In this document: positions 53,095-62,713 of the stretch, in pieces | Numbering within the stretch: the stretch's first letter is position 1 | Layout: each line of letters starts with the position of its first letter | Assembly (NCBI GenBank): GCA_016217555.1 | Contig: JACRHW010000017.1 | Coordinates: 5,093 to 69,092 of the forward strand | Length of the DNA stretch: 64,000 bases | From: Parcubacteria group bacterium | Lineage (GTDB): Bacteria; Patescibacteriota; Minisyncoccia; UBA6257; JACRHW01 | Reading direction: 5' to 3' | Program-made: the position numbers and the translations under genes | The notes under the pieces: model-generated | Told to the model about the DNA's origin: nothing | Databases searched by the model: none | Seen by the model: the letters and a program-made list of their open reading frames with translations, nothing else

Positions 53095-53679
53095 ATGATT
53101 AATAAAGAAAAGCTTTTTGAATTATATACGCATGAAGGTAAATCAATGCAAGAAATTGCAATACTTTTGGGTTGCTCTGTTCACACTGTGGTTTATTGGA
53201 TGCAAAAGTATGATATTAAAAGGCGTTCTATAAGTGAGGCGGTATATAGAAAATGTAATCCAGGCGGAGATCCTTTTGAATTTGTTTTTCCAACCAATCA
53301 AGAAGAAGCACAATTATTTGGTTTAGGGATTGGTCTTTATTGGGGAGAGGGAACAAAAGCAAACGAGAGTTCTGTCCGTTTAGCCAATACCAATCCCGAG
53401 CTAATTAAGAAATTTATAGAGTTTCTTATTACATTTTTTAATATTAAAAAAGGTGATCTTAGGTTTGGCTTACAGATTTTTACAGATATTGATCCTAAAA
53501 AAGCTATGGACTTTTGGATAAAAAAGCTTACAATAAACAGGGATCAATTTTATAAGACGATTATTACGAAATCTGGTTCACTGGGTACTTATAGAAAGAA
53601 AAGTGAATACGGAGTGATTAGTGTTATGTATCACAATACTAAGATGAGAAATGTGTTAGTTGGTCTTTTGCCAATGTAG
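53095..53679 (+). CDS. HTH + LAGLIDADG-like (homing-endonuclease-type) protein
   Basis: N-terminal HTH (SMQEIAILLGCSVHTVVYWMQKY); LFGLGIGLYWGEGTK resembles a LAGLIDADG motif; sits between two tRNA genes; last 10 nt overlap tRNA-Thr(GGU). Confidence 0.5.
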   Translation: MINKEKLFELYTHEGKSMQEIAILLGCSVHTVVYWMQKYDIKRRSISEAVYRKCNPGGDPFEFVFPTNQEEAQLFGLGIGLYWGEGTKANESSVRLANTNPELIKKFIEFLITFFNIKKGDLRFGLQIFTDIDPKKAMDFWIKKLTINRDQFYKTIITKSGSLGTYRKKSEYGVISVMYHNTKMRNVLVGLLPM

Positions 53680-53742
53680 CTCAGCTGGTAGAGCAACTCC
53701 ATGGTAAGGAGTAGGTCCGCGGTCCGAATCCGCGCATTGGCT
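53670..53742 (+). tRNA. tRNA-Thr(GGU)
   Basis: GCCAATG/CATTGGC acceptor, anticodon loop ATGGTAA, T arm CGCGG-TCCGAAT-CCGCG (C at position 55). Confidence 0.88.
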
Positions 53743-53813
53743 CTGGTCTGGTTTTCTTGAAAAGCTTGTTACTTTTTTGGAAGTGTGATATATATGTTTA
53801 TTACCTTATAATT

Positions 53814-53984
53814 ATGGCAACATCAAAATTTACTGCGAATTTGTTACGTCTTAAATGTACCGGCTGTGCCCGGATGAATTATTATACCCGCAAGAACAAA
53901 AAGACTGTTGAGCGCAAGCTTGATCTCAAAAAATATTGCAAGTGGTGTAAGATGAGGAAGTCTCACAAAGAAGTAAAGAAGTAA
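53814..53984 (+). CDS. rpmG: 50S ribosomal protein L33 (Cys-containing form)
   Basis: LKCTGC...NYYTRKNKK...KLDLKKYCKWCKMRKSHKE. Confidence 0.92.
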   Translation: MATSKFTANLLRLKCTGCARMNYYTRKNKKTVERKLDLKKYCKWCKMRKSHKEVKK

Positions 53985-54063
53985 TAGGATAGTTTTTCTT
54001 GAATTTCGGATACAATAAGTTACAATTGAAACACATCCCAAGAGATGTGTTTCTTTTAATAAT

Positions 54064-54134
54064 GGGGCTATAGTTCAATGGTAGAATGTTGGTCTCCAAA
54101 ACCAATGATCAAGGTTCGAATCCTTGTGGCCCCG
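54064..54134 (+). tRNA. tRNA-Trp(CCA)
   Basis: GGGGCTA/TGGCCCC acceptor, anticodon loop CTCCAAA, T arm CAAGG-TTCGAAT-CCTTG. Confidence 0.92.
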
Positions 54135-54300
54135 CAGTGAACGAAGTGAGCAAGGGGCCAAGCACGCCAACTGCTTGGCGTGCGTCAAGGATTCGAAAGC
54201 CGGAGCATGTCCCGAGTTTGTTGAGGGACGCGAGGCGGGGTCGACGGGCTTCCGAAGGAAGAACCGGTGACCGCATCTTTGTGGCGACTGAGTATATAAA
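54135..54300 (+). other. GC-rich, hairpin-dense segment after tRNA-Trp (candidate structured RNA, or N-terminal extension of the next CDS)
   Basis: much more G+C than surrounding intergenic DNA; hairpins gcacgcc/ggcgtgc, gtccc/gggac, cttcc-gaa-ggaag. Confidence 0.3.
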
Positions 54301-54307
54301 AAATATT

Positions 54308-54868
54308 ATGGATGAAATACAGCAGAGAAATATAATCCTCTACGGAGTTCCCGGTTCTGGTAAAACATCTCTTGGGCAGGCGCTAAGTGAAGAGCTAAAA
54401 CTTTTTTATATAGAGGCGGATGAAATAAGAAAAATTGGTAAACAAAATCGGTCTTTAGAAACCGATCCGTTTTTCTTTTTGCCTACCACAGAAGCGTATC
54501 AGGCTATTGGAGAATGTACTGGTGAAAATATAATAAAAGGGTTGTTTGGTGTGCGCGGTGCTTATAGGGATTTGGTTCATCGAGAGGTTATTTCGCATGA
54601 AGAACCATGTATTATTGAGGCTGCTTTCCTTGATCCCATCTTCTTAAAAAACGAGGGGTTAGAAATATTGGTTGTTGTATCTTCGGAGGAAAAACATCGA
54701 CAGCAGTTTTTTACACATCGCACAGAAGATGCTCTCACCGAGAGGCAGTTTAAGAACGCAAGAATTATTCAAGATTTTTTAATCAGGGAAGCAGGGCAAG
54801 TAGATACCACTATTCTCGAAAATGACGGTGATATAAAATCCTTGGTTGAAAAATTAAAAAAGTTGTGA
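54308..54868 (+). CDS. P-loop NTPase / small-molecule-kinase-like protein
   Basis: Walker A YGVPGSGKTS at the N terminus; 186 aa. Confidence 0.5.
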   Translation: MDEIQQRNIILYGVPGSGKTSLGQALSEELKLFYIEADEIRKIGKQNRSLETDPFFFLPTTEAYQAIGECTGENIIKGLFGVRGAYRDLVHREVISHEEPCIIEAAFLDPIFLKNEGLEILVVVSSEEKHRQQFFTHRTEDALTERQFKNARIIQDFLIREAGQVDTTILENDGDIKSLVEKLKKL

Positions 54869-54910
54869 CCGCATTTGGGTGGACTTGGAAAAGTTTAAAT
54901 ATTTTAGTTT

Positions 54911-55516
54911 ATGATAACGGCAATTATTTTTGATTTTTGGGAAACCCTTGGCACCAAGAATGTCGGTATTTCAAAGTCGCTACAGCAGCAATTTGATATT
55001 CCTAAGGGTGACGATTTTTCTGAAAAATATGAAAAGGCGGTGCAGTTGCACCCATGGGAAAATGAGGAACAAATGGCGAGGAATTTTCTTCTTGAATTTG
55101 GTGTAGACCAGATTGGAGAAAATATACAATTTGTAACTGAACTTTTCAAAAAAGGGGTGGATAATGCAAGTCTATTTGATGGCATTAAGGACCTTCTCGT
55201 TTCTTTGAAGGAAAAAGGTTTTAGATTAGGACTTCTTTCCAATACCACTATTTTTGAATCCACAGTTCTTAAAAACCTACAGATTGCTGATTTATTTGAT
55301 GCAGTTGTATTTTCTTGGCATAAAGGAAACCTGAAGCCGTCATTGGAATCTTTTGAGCATATTCTTTCTGAACTCAAGCTGTCAAAAGACCAGGTGATTT
55401 TTATTGATGATACCAAAAAGAATATCTCTGCTGCTGAACAGTATGGAATACGGTCCATTAGGTTCGAATCGGTTTTACAGCTTTTGGAAGAGTTGAAAAA
55501 AATAGGGATTTTATAA
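54911..55516 (+). CDS. HAD-superfamily hydrolase (motif I variant DFWET)
   Basis: IIFDFWETLG, LLSNT, K...FIDD motifs. Confidence 0.7.
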   Translation: MITAIIFDFWETLGTKNVGISKSLQQQFDIPKGDDFSEKYEKAVQLHPWENEEQMARNFLLEFGVDQIGENIQFVTELFKKGVDNASLFDGIKDLLVSLKEKGFRLGLLSNTTIFESTVLKNLQIADLFDAVVFSWHKGNLKPSLESFEHILSELKLSKDQVIFIDDTKKNISAAEQYGIRSIRFESVLQLLEELKKIGIL

Positions 55517-55540
55517 TATCTAAACAAAGGAATTATTAAT

Positions 55541-55562
55541 AAAACCCCTGTGTGGGGTTTTT
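55541..55562. terminator. bidirectional terminator
   Basis: aaaacccc-tgtg-tggggtttt between convergent genes. Confidence 0.75.
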
Positions 55563-55569
55563 GGTTTAA

Positions 55570-55821
55570 TTATCGGCATCCTTGGTGGTTTTCGCCATGT
55601 TCTTTGAGAAAGTCTTGGCGGAACTGTTCTATTACGCCGGGGCGTAGCTTTTTTGTTACTATATAAAGGTCTTCTAGTGTTTTCCAATCATCTTGACCTG
55701 AAGGAACAAGTTCTCCTTTTTCATCGATTGTGTCGGTTGTGTATTTCTTAAGGGCTTCGAGCACTTCTTCATCGGGAATAGTTTCATTTTCAATGAGCTT
55801 TTTGATATCTTGAACTTTCAT
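55570..55821 (-). CDS. hypothetical small acidic protein
   Basis: 83-aa ORF with terminator downstream. Confidence 0.5.
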   Translation of the reverse strand: MKVQDIKKLIENETIPDEEVLEALKKYTTDTIDEKGELVPSGQDDWKTLEDLYIVTKKLRPGVIEQFRQDFLKEHGENHQGCR

Positions 55822-55943
55822 TTTTTATCCCCCTATTAGTAGACAGTGTATTTATACAGTATCCATGAAGTTGATATTTGTCAAAGAAGGAAGCTTGAGA
55901 GTTCTTTGTTTTTTTGAATCTGTTACTATATAGCTATAAATAT

Positions 55944-57029
55944 ATGAACAGAGAAGGATTACAAAAAATAAATAATAAAGTTGTTTCTTCTGGTGATGTT
56001 GTGCCCGACAACGATGGGAGGGATTTTTTGTGGAATAATGTAGATTCTACTTTCAGCGAAAGAATTCGAGAGGTAAGAACATTTGATGAACTTATTGCTG
56101 CAATAGTAGAATCTCGCTTCTCGGTTAAAAATGAACACAAGGGAAATGATCACCCAGAGCATTTGATAAAACGTATTGAAATGGCGCGATTGTTTCATTA
56201 TGTAGAGATTATCCCTCCTGGCCTTGAATTACGAAAAAAAGTTGCAACGTGGATGAAGCAGGATGGTATTGTACTCGAGGATCATGTTTCGCTCGACGCA
56301 TATAAAAATTATCTCGCGCATAAACTATCTATTCTCACCACTGCCCTAAGTGATGAGGAGCTTGGAACTATTGCACAAAAAATTTCACCTGATATTTTTG
56401 CAACAATTGATACGCCCCTTGAGCGCACCATGCTTCTTTTGAATGCTCTTGCTGGGGTACAGACAAGATTTTCTTGTGCGGGACACGTTAGGGATTTGAA
56501 GAGTGACCTCGGTCTTTACTCTGGTTATATTTCGATTAATGGAATGCCCGATGAATTAGTGAAGCAAATTAAAGCCATTTTTTCTGATAAGAATTTTTTT
56601 GTTGAATGGGAGTCTGGTAATGTTTTGCGTTTTTATCAAATTCCTAATGAAACATATTGTAAAGAAAAGGGCTACCCATCTACAGAGGAAGTTTTACTTT
56701 TGGGAAAACACAAGATTGAGGCATTATTTGGTGGGGAAGTATTTTCATGGTGGCCTCTAAATGCTCAAGAACTCTTTTCATCTCATTATAGCTTTCGTGT
56801 TGAGCTACAAAAGATGTTACAACATTTTATGGAGACGAAAAAAATTGCTCAGAGTGAATACAAGGCTCTTTTTGATGTCACTGATGATTTGGAGCCAGGA
56901 AAGTTAATAAGAGGGGTTTATGGGGATTATTTTCATAGTCATGAAGCAGAAGCGGCAAGGGACAGATATATTAAAAAGCTTGAGGAGGTGCTTATACGTT
57001 ATCGTGAAAGTCTTACAAATGCTTTATAG
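55944..57029 (+). CDS. hypothetical protein
   Basis: about 361-aa ORF (ATG 55944; TTG 55914 alternative); no family recognised. Confidence 0.55.
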   Translation: MNREGLQKINNKVVSSGDVVPDNDGRDFLWNNVDSTFSERIREVRTFDELIAAIVESRFSVKNEHKGNDHPEHLIKRIEMARLFHYVEIIPPGLELRKKVATWMKQDGIVLEDHVSLDAYKNYLAHKLSILTTALSDEELGTIAQKISPDIFATIDTPLERTMLLLNALAGVQTRFSCAGHVRDLKSDLGLYSGYISINGMPDELVKQIKAIFSDKNFFVEWESGNVLRFYQIPNETYCKEKGYPSTEEVLLLGKHKIEALFGGEVFSWWPLNAQELFSSHYSFRVELQKMLQHFMETKKIAQSEYKALFDVTDDLEPGKLIRGVYGDYFHSHEAEAARDRYIKKLEEVLIRYRESLTNAL

Positions 57030-57120
57030 CATTATCCCCAGTATTTACTCGCAATATTGTATTATTGGGTTGGGGGAGGTATCGTAGGAAATACAGTACC
57101 TTGAAAAGGAGGGGATAAGA

Positions 57121-57522
57121 ATGCCGACGGGAGAGTTTCTGTTTTCTGACTTTTTGAAACACTTTTTGGAATATGCAGGAGATGAGAATGGGGTAATAAG
57201 TTTTTCGCCTCCCAACGCACGTCCTTGGCATCTATTTTTGTGGCATACGCGTTCTCTTTTTCTTGATGCGCATCTTCCTTATGGTTATTTCGGTGGTTTT
57301 TCTTTTGATAAGGGTACTCCTGAATCGATGGATGTTATGAGGGCAATGGAGGCGTTACGGTGGGTATTCCATGTGCGTCATCCCGATTGGCGAATTGTTC
57401 TTTATCCAAAGATGTACCGAGAACCTATCTCATCTCATTTTCCTAAGGACCCTACGCTTACTCGTTCTCTCGAGATTGCTTATGCGGTCGCAATAAGAAC
57501 AGATGGATTTCTTGAGCTTTAG
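57121..57522 (+). CDS. hypothetical protein
   Basis: 133-aa ORF with AAGGAGG SD. Confidence 0.55.
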   Translation: MPTGEFLFSDFLKHFLEYAGDENGVISFSPPNARPWHLFLWHTRSLFLDAHLPYGYFGGFSFDKGTPESMDVMRAMEALRWVFHVRHPDWRIVLYPKMYREPISSHFPKDPTLTRSLEIAYAVAIRTDGFLEL

Positions 57523-57574
57523 AAATATAATAATCAACGACTCACACGAGTCGTTTGCTTTTATTCTTACTATG

Positions 57575-57583
57575 TGATATAAT
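57575..57583 (+). promoter_or_regulatory. extended -10 promoter element TGaTATAAT
   Basis: perfect TGnTATAAT about 50 nt upstream of the 57634 gene, just after a terminator hairpin (caacgactc/gagtcgttg). Confidence 0.5.
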
Positions 57584-57633
57584 GTACAGTGATCGGAATA
57601 GATCATTGAAAATAGAGAAAGAGGTGATAATGA

Positions 57634-58251
57634 GTGCATAGGATCAAGTGTGTTTTATTTGATTGGGACGGGACACTACAGCGTGGTTCTCTCGTAAAGT
57701 ATTACGGATATTTAGTGCTTGGTGTTTTTTTGAGCAGGAGGATGAAGCAATTTGTTTTCGAATGTATCGAGCTTGTCGATTCTTTTTTTGCGCGACCACA
57801 TCTTGTTCTGTCTGAATTTGAGTTGTGGAAGTTAAAGAAGAAGTATCACATTGGTATTGTGACCAATAGAAGCAAGATGTTTATGGAGACGATGCTGAAA
57901 CGAGCTGAAATTAAAGAAGGTTTTTTTGAGGTGATTGGTGCAACGCGTGGGCTTTGGAACACGTGGGATAATGCTTCTCGAGGGTGGATTTTAATCGATC
58001 CAAAGCCTTCATTGTTTTTGTCTCAATTTCCTTTTCTCGCTTTTTTGAAGAAGCATAAGATAGATTTGTCAGAAATTCTTTTTGTGGGGGATGATGTGAG
58101 TGACTATCTGTCTGTGAAGGGAACGCAGGTTTATTTCGCAGGGATCGCCTGTACCGAGGCACAAAAGAAAAGTTTTCTTAATGCAGGACTTTCTCAGGAA
58201 TACATTTTCGAAAATCTTAAGGACGCACTTTCCTATTTTGGTATTTGTTAG
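57634..58251 (+). CDS. HAD-superfamily phosphatase
   Basis: LFDWDGTL (DxDGT), VTNR, VGDDVSD motifs; GTG start. Confidence 0.7.
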   Translation: MHRIKCVLFDWDGTLQRGSLVKYYGYLVLGVFLSRRMKQFVFECIELVDSFFARPHLVLSEFELWKLKKKYHIGIVTNRSKMFMETMLKRAEIKEGFFEVIGATRGLWNTWDNASRGWILIDPKPSLFLSQFPFLAFLKKHKIDLSEILFVGDDVSDYLSVKGTQVYFAGIACTEAQKKSFLNAGLSQEYIFENLKDALSYFGIC

Positions 58252-58259
58252 GTAACAAT

Positions 58260-58290
58260 AAAAACCGCTTGCATGGGCGGTCTTTTTTTT
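58260..58290. terminator. bidirectional terminator
   Basis: aaaaccgc-ttgcatg-ggcggt + T8. Confidence 0.75.
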
Positions 58291-58299
58291 ATCATGTCC

Positions 58300-58686
58300 T
58301 TATGCTAAGAAGAATCTTTTTAGAAAGGATACCTTTGGTGCAAAGATAAGCCATGCGATGACAAAGCTTCCAAGGGCAGCGATGAGCACGATGCCTGCCA
58401 TGAGGTCTTTGATGGCACCTACTTTATCATTATCTTCGGGGTAGAGGAGGTCAAGGAGGCGTTCTACAATACTATTAATAAGTTCAAGGACAAGTACGGA
58501 GAAAATCATGACCCATACCACCGCGCGTTCCGTACGAGAAAGGGGAAAGAAGGACATCGCAATGACACTTAAGACTGCAGCAAAGCCAATGATGCGAAAT
58601 GAAATCTCTTCCCGGAGAGCGATACCCAGGCCTTTAATAGATGCCTTAAGATTTTTTTGTATACTTCTTTTGTGGTTTGCGTGCAT
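58300..58686 (-). CDS. dgkA: diacylglycerol/undecaprenol kinase (DgkA family)
   Basis: three TM helices, LELINSIVERLLD (E-x-x-NS-x-x-E motif). Confidence 0.8.
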   Translation of the reverse strand: MHANHKRSIQKNLKASIKGLGIALREEISFRIIGFAAVLSVIAMSFFPLSRTERAVVWVMIFSVLVLELINSIVERLLDLLYPEDNDKVGAIKDLMAGIVLIAALGSFVIAWLIFAPKVSFLKRFFLA

Positions 58687-58738
58687 ATATAAAGAAGGTT
58701 AGAATATCTGTGGTTATTATACTTCAATTATTTTGATT

Positions 58739-60169
58739 ATGAAAGATCCTCTTATTGCATTAAGCTACGACGATGTGCTTCTTGTGCCTCGTTTTTCGCG
58801 TATTCGTTCGAGAAGAGAGCCGGTACTTAAAACACGATTTACAAAAAACATTGCACTTAATATCCCTATTGTGAGCGCTAATATGGATACCGTGACAGAG
58901 TCAAAGATGGCGATTGCGCTGGCGAGGTTTGGAGGCATTGGCGTAATACATCGTTTTCTCTCCATTGAGCGTGAAGTAGAAGAGGTTTCAAGAGTAAAGC
59001 GTGCAGAGGCATATGTGATCGATGACCCCTATACTGTTTCTTCTGAGATACTTCTCAAGGATGCAAAGCAGAGGATGTATACATTAGGAGCTGCGTTGTT
59101 GGTAATTGATGAGCATAGAAAACTTATTGGTATTCTTACTCACAGAGACGTAGAGTTTGTTGATAGTACTACCTTGCGTGTATCTGATGTAATGACGAAG
59201 GAGTTAATTACTGCATCACCTAAGATTTCTTTGGATGGGGCTAAAGAAGTATTTATGAAACAAAAAATAGAAAAACTCCCTCTTGTTGATGCGAAGGGAA
59301 TTTTGAAAGGGCTTATTACCAAAAAGGACATTCTTGCACGTATTCGGTATCCAGAAGCTGCAAAGGATAAGAAGGGAAGATTGCTTGTGGGTGCTGCTGT
59401 GGGGGTTGTGGGGGATTATAAAGAACGTACCAAGGCGCTCATCGAGGCTGGTGTAGACGTAATTGTAATCGATATCGCACATGGGCATTCGATCATGATG
59501 AAGGAAGCGATGGCGAGCATTAAAAAAATAACAGGAGAACACGTTGATATTATTGCGGGAAATGTTGCGACGAGAGATGGGATGCGCGACTTGGTGAGGT
59601 GGGGCGCTGATGCGGTAAAGGTGGGGATTGGCCCTGGGGCGGCATGTACTACACGTATTATGACGGGTGTTGGAGTACCTCAGTTTTCTGCGGTATATGA
59701 GTGTGCAGGAGAAGCTAAGAAACTTCGTGTCCCTGTAATTGCAGATGGGGGGGTTAAAAATTCTGGTGATGTGACGAAAGCGCTTGCCGCAGGTGCCGAG
59801 ACGGTGATGATAGGAAGTATGTTTGCCGGTACGGATGAAAGTCCGGGGCAGGAGATCGTAAAAAACGGGGCGCGGTATAAACTCTATCGTGGCATGGCAT
59901 CGATTGGTGCAAACGTCGCCAAAACAAATATCTCCGGATTACAAAAAGGTGTTAACTATGAACGTATTACACCAGAGGGGGTGGAGGCAGTAGTGCCCTA
60001 TAAGGGTAAGATTGACGCGACCATTTCGTTGCTTCTTGGGGGGCTTCGGTCGGGGATGAGTTACTTGGGTGCAAAGACTATTCCCGAGATGTCAAAGAAT
60101 GCTGAATTTATACAAATTACACAGGCGGGACTTAGAGAGAGTAATAGCCATGATATTGATGTGAAATAA
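58739..60169 (+). CDS. guaB: IMP dehydrogenase
   Basis: [10 protein letters not shown] start, CBS pair, catalytic [19 protein letters not shown]. Confidence 0.96.
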   Translation: MKDPLIALSYDDVLLVPRFSRIRSRREPVLKTRFTKNIALNIPIVSANMDTVTESKMAIALARFGGIGVIHRFLSIEREVEEVSRVKRAEAYVIDDPYTVSSEILLKDAKQRMYTLGAALLVIDEHRKLIGILTHRDVEFVDSTTLRVSDVMTKELITASPKISLDGAKEVFMKQKIEKLPLVDAKGILKGLITKKDILARIRYPEAAKDKKGRLLVGAAVGVVGDYKERTKALIEAGVDVIVIDIAHGHSIMMKEAMASIKKITGEHVDIIAGNVATRDGMRDLVRWGADAVKVGIGPGAACTTRIMTGVGVPQFSAVYECAGEAKKLRVPVIADGGVKNSGDVTKALAAGAETVMIGSMFAGTDESPGQEIVKNGARYKLYRGMASIGANVAKTNISGLQKGVNYERITPEGVEAVVPYKGKIDATISLLLGGLRSGMSYLGAKTIPEMSKNAEFIQITQAGLRESNSHDIDVK

Positions 60170-60189
60170 TTATTTTTGTAAATTATGAT

Positions 60190-60361
60190 TTACGAAACCT
60201 CTCTTCCTCACACGTTCGGATACCTAGCGGTATCCTCACTCATCCGCAAGCGCTTCGTTGTCAACCCAACTCTCCGCCATCCGCCAACTGGCTGAGGCGG
60301 ATCGGGGTTGACAACACCCTGCTTCTCACTTGCGGAATGGTTTGGAAGAGATGTTTCGTAA
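60190..60361. repeat. structured repeat family F copy 3 (with extra apical hairpin)
   Basis: tacgaaacctctcttcc ... ccgcaagcgcttcgttgtcaaccc ... ggggttgacaac ... cacttgcggaatgg ... ggaagagatgtttcgta. Confidence 0.85.
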
Positions 60362-60441
60362 GTCATCACTATAAAAGTACAATATACTTTTTAAGTCAAG
60401 TTCACTAATTATATAAAAGAGGTACACTGGGGCTAGTTACT

Positions 60442-62607
60442 TTGAAAAAAGAAAAAGGGAGTGTGACTGTCATGGAAAAGAAGAGGAAGGTTATTCCGAA
60501 GAAAGTTCCATTGAAGAAAAAGGTACAAGAAATCGAGAGTGATGTGCAGGTGAAACACGTTGATACTACCTATGAGTGGAGATTTGCTGCTATTTCTCAG
60601 CTCAATTTTCCCGAACTGAGTCGTGACTATTTGCCAGCCTTGCTTAAGGAAGTCGTTGTTGAGAGAAAGGTACAAACAGTGATTCTTGCGGGTGGTGTTC
60701 TTTCGGGGAGATTTTTGGAGAATCTTTTGAAGAGTGAGATTGCAGAAAATGGAATTAAGGGAAGCGAAGAGAAGGCAGAATATCGTGCAGAGTTTGCTGA
60801 TTATTGGGCGAGACAGTTGAGCGCCTTTTTGCCTGTACTTGGCGATGGTATTAACTACCATGTTATTACTTCTCCAACGATTGCTTATGATACAACGAAT
60901 GAGAAAGGTATTGGAAGGCAAATCCTTTCGCGTTTGTATGAAATTAGAGATGAAAAAGAAAAAGACATTCGGTTGTATCTTGATGACGCGGAACCGCGTG
61001 TGCCCGTTCAGTGGCCAAAGCCTACGGAGATTCGTGTTCTTGTTCCCCAGCATAAGCCTTGGTATTCGAAACTTGTGTCCAACCTCCTTCAGCGTCTCGT
61101 AAATCCATTTGTGGCACGAACATTTTCTGATCGACCCGCATTGATTCTTGCTGGATGCACAGGGTCGGGTGTTAACATTCCTGCCTACAAGGGTATTCCT
61201 GCTATTTCAGTTCCTGCGTTTTATAAGATTAACAAGGTACGTTCGACGGAGAGTATGGTGGGATGTATTGTTGTTACAATGCGTCAAAAGAAGGGGCGCA
61301 CTACGTATAATGTAGACACGTTTGATTTTCGTCCCTTTGTGGGTGCTGAGCGTCAGTCACTTATTCCCGAGGATATGCCTCCGGAAAAAAAGCGTGTGTT
61401 GTGGCATTTGAGCCAAAACAGCCAGGGGTTCGATACTCTTCATAGTCGTTTGTATGGGTTTCGTGCTGATACAAAGACGCCAGAGAAGATTGCTGAGGAG
61501 AAGGCTCAACTGCAAAAACACCTTGATGCACTTATTGCCAGAAATTATGTAGTGTTCAAGCCGGAGATTAATCGCTATGAGCTCTCCAAGAATCTCAAAT
61601 ATGATGTGAAGGGTAGCCTCGCAACTTCATTGGAACGAGCCAAGCGTATTCGTGTGGTAGCATATGCCTGTCTCCATGTGGGGGCACTTAAGACCTTGTA
61701 TGCGACGTTTGAGCATGATATTCCCACCGTTGCTGAAGATGCAGATGCACTTGTTGATTGTGGTGACACTATTCAGGGGCTTGCTCACAACTTTGAATAT
61801 AATGGTGAATTGGTTCCCACGCTTAATACGTATGATAAGCAGAGTTTGAAGGCGGCACAAATCCATGCAAATGTTCTCCTTCAAATTTTTGACAGAAGGT
61901 TTGCAAAATATGCATCCGAGAAAAAAAATCTTGAAGAATACGTTGAGAAATGCTTGATCAAATTCATTTATTGTCTTGGTAATCACGATACGTGGTTGCA
62001 TTACAGTAAGTTGGGGTTGCCACTGTGGGATTTTCATCGAGAGATAGCATCGCTTCTTATTGCTGGTGTTATGCAACGTGTTCCTGAAATGCCCTACGAG
62101 GTATTGAGCCGTCTCGTTAATGAGAAGATTGTGCGTGTTGGTGAGAAGGAGCTTGTTGAAATTAATGGCGTTGGTATTGGTGTTACTCATCCTCACAAGG
62201 GCGGAGCAGAGACAAAAAGTGCACGTATTCAGCAGGTCATTGAGAGTCACGTTGCGAAGAAACATCCTCTTGAGGTTGTGCTTGAGCTTGTAGGAAATTT
62301 CCATACTGCCGCAGCAATCCACTGTACGTTGTTCAATAAAACATACGTTGGTGTTATGCTCGGTGCCATGCTTTCTGATACTCAATTTGAACACAAGATC
62401 AACAAGGTTGTTGACCATGGCCCTGTTGTAGTAACAGTATGGGTTGATCCACGAACGGGTCACCTGTTGCGCGATGAAATAGAGTTCTTTGACGATATGG
62501 TTCATCCCATTGACCGGCGCGTTGTTGAGGCCGATAAGCTTACTGAATCAACTGTTGTGGATATCGCAAAGCGTCTTACTCGCTATGGTGTCATTCCCTT
62601 GAGATAA
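60442..62607 (+). CDS. large hypothetical protein with C-terminal calcineurin-like metallophosphoesterase domain
   Basis: DCGDTIQG (GD), CLGNHDTW (GNHD), THPHKGG, GNFH; motif I reads ACLH instead of DxH; start TTG 60442 or ATG 60472. Confidence 0.65.
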   Translation: MKKEKGSVTVMEKKRKVIPKKVPLKKKVQEIESDVQVKHVDTTYEWRFAAISQLNFPELSRDYLPALLKEVVVERKVQTVILAGGVLSGRFLENLLKSEIAENGIKGSEEKAEYRAEFADYWARQLSAFLPVLGDGINYHVITSPTIAYDTTNEKGIGRQILSRLYEIRDEKEKDIRLYLDDAEPRVPVQWPKPTEIRVLVPQHKPWYSKLVSNLLQRLVNPFVARTFSDRPALILAGCTGSGVNIPAYKGIPAISVPAFYKINKVRSTESMVGCIVVTMRQKKGRTTYNVDTFDFRPFVGAERQSLIPEDMPPEKKRVLWHLSQNSQGFDTLHSRLYGFRADTKTPEKIAEEKAQLQKHLDALIARNYVVFKPEINRYELSKNLKYDVKGSLATSLERAKRIRVVAYACLHVGALKTLYATFEHDIPTVAEDADALVDCGDTIQGLAHNFEYNGELVPTLNTYDKQSLKAAQIHANVLLQIFDRRFAKYASEKKNLEEYVEKCLIKFIYCLGNHDTWLHYSKLGLPLWDFHREIASLLIAGVMQRVPEMPYEVLSRLVNEKIVRVGEKELVEINGVGIGVTHPHKGGAETKSARIQQVIESHVAKKHPLEVVLELVGNFHTAAAIHCTLFNKTYVGVMLGAMLSDTQFEHKINKVVDHGPVVVTVWVDPRTGHLLRDEIEFFDDMVHPIDRRVVEADKLTESTVVDIAKRLTRYGVIPLR

Positions 62608-62620
62608 AATAGTATAGTTG

Positions 62621-62645
62621 CCCGCCCTCGTGCGGGTTTTTCTTT
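62621..62645 (+). terminator. rho-independent terminator
   Basis: cccgc-cctcgt-gcggg + T run. Confidence 0.7.
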
Positions 62646-62713
62646 TCTCGACTTTGTATGTGTTTTCTGTTATTTTTAACACAGTTCATTGTTAATATGA
62701 GGGGGAGAATGGT

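Noticed and set aside
54135-54300. GC-rich segment considered as SRP (4.5S) RNA because of ...CUUCCGAAGGAAGAACC...
   Set aside because: The loop is GAA rather than the conserved GGAA/GNRA tetraloop. The AGCA symmetric-loop signature is absent. The 5' and 3' ends do not form the expected long helix. It is kept only as an unclassified candidate.
54904-55527. 207-aa minus-strand ORF
   Set aside because: It is a mirror image of the + strand HAD hydrolase gene, which has clear family motifs. The minus-strand translation is low-complexity Ser/Phe/Cys-rich.
61627-62505. 292-aa minus-strand ORF
   Set aside because: It is antisense to the 721-aa metallophosphoesterase-containing gene. There are no motifs and the composition is typical of a shadow ORF.
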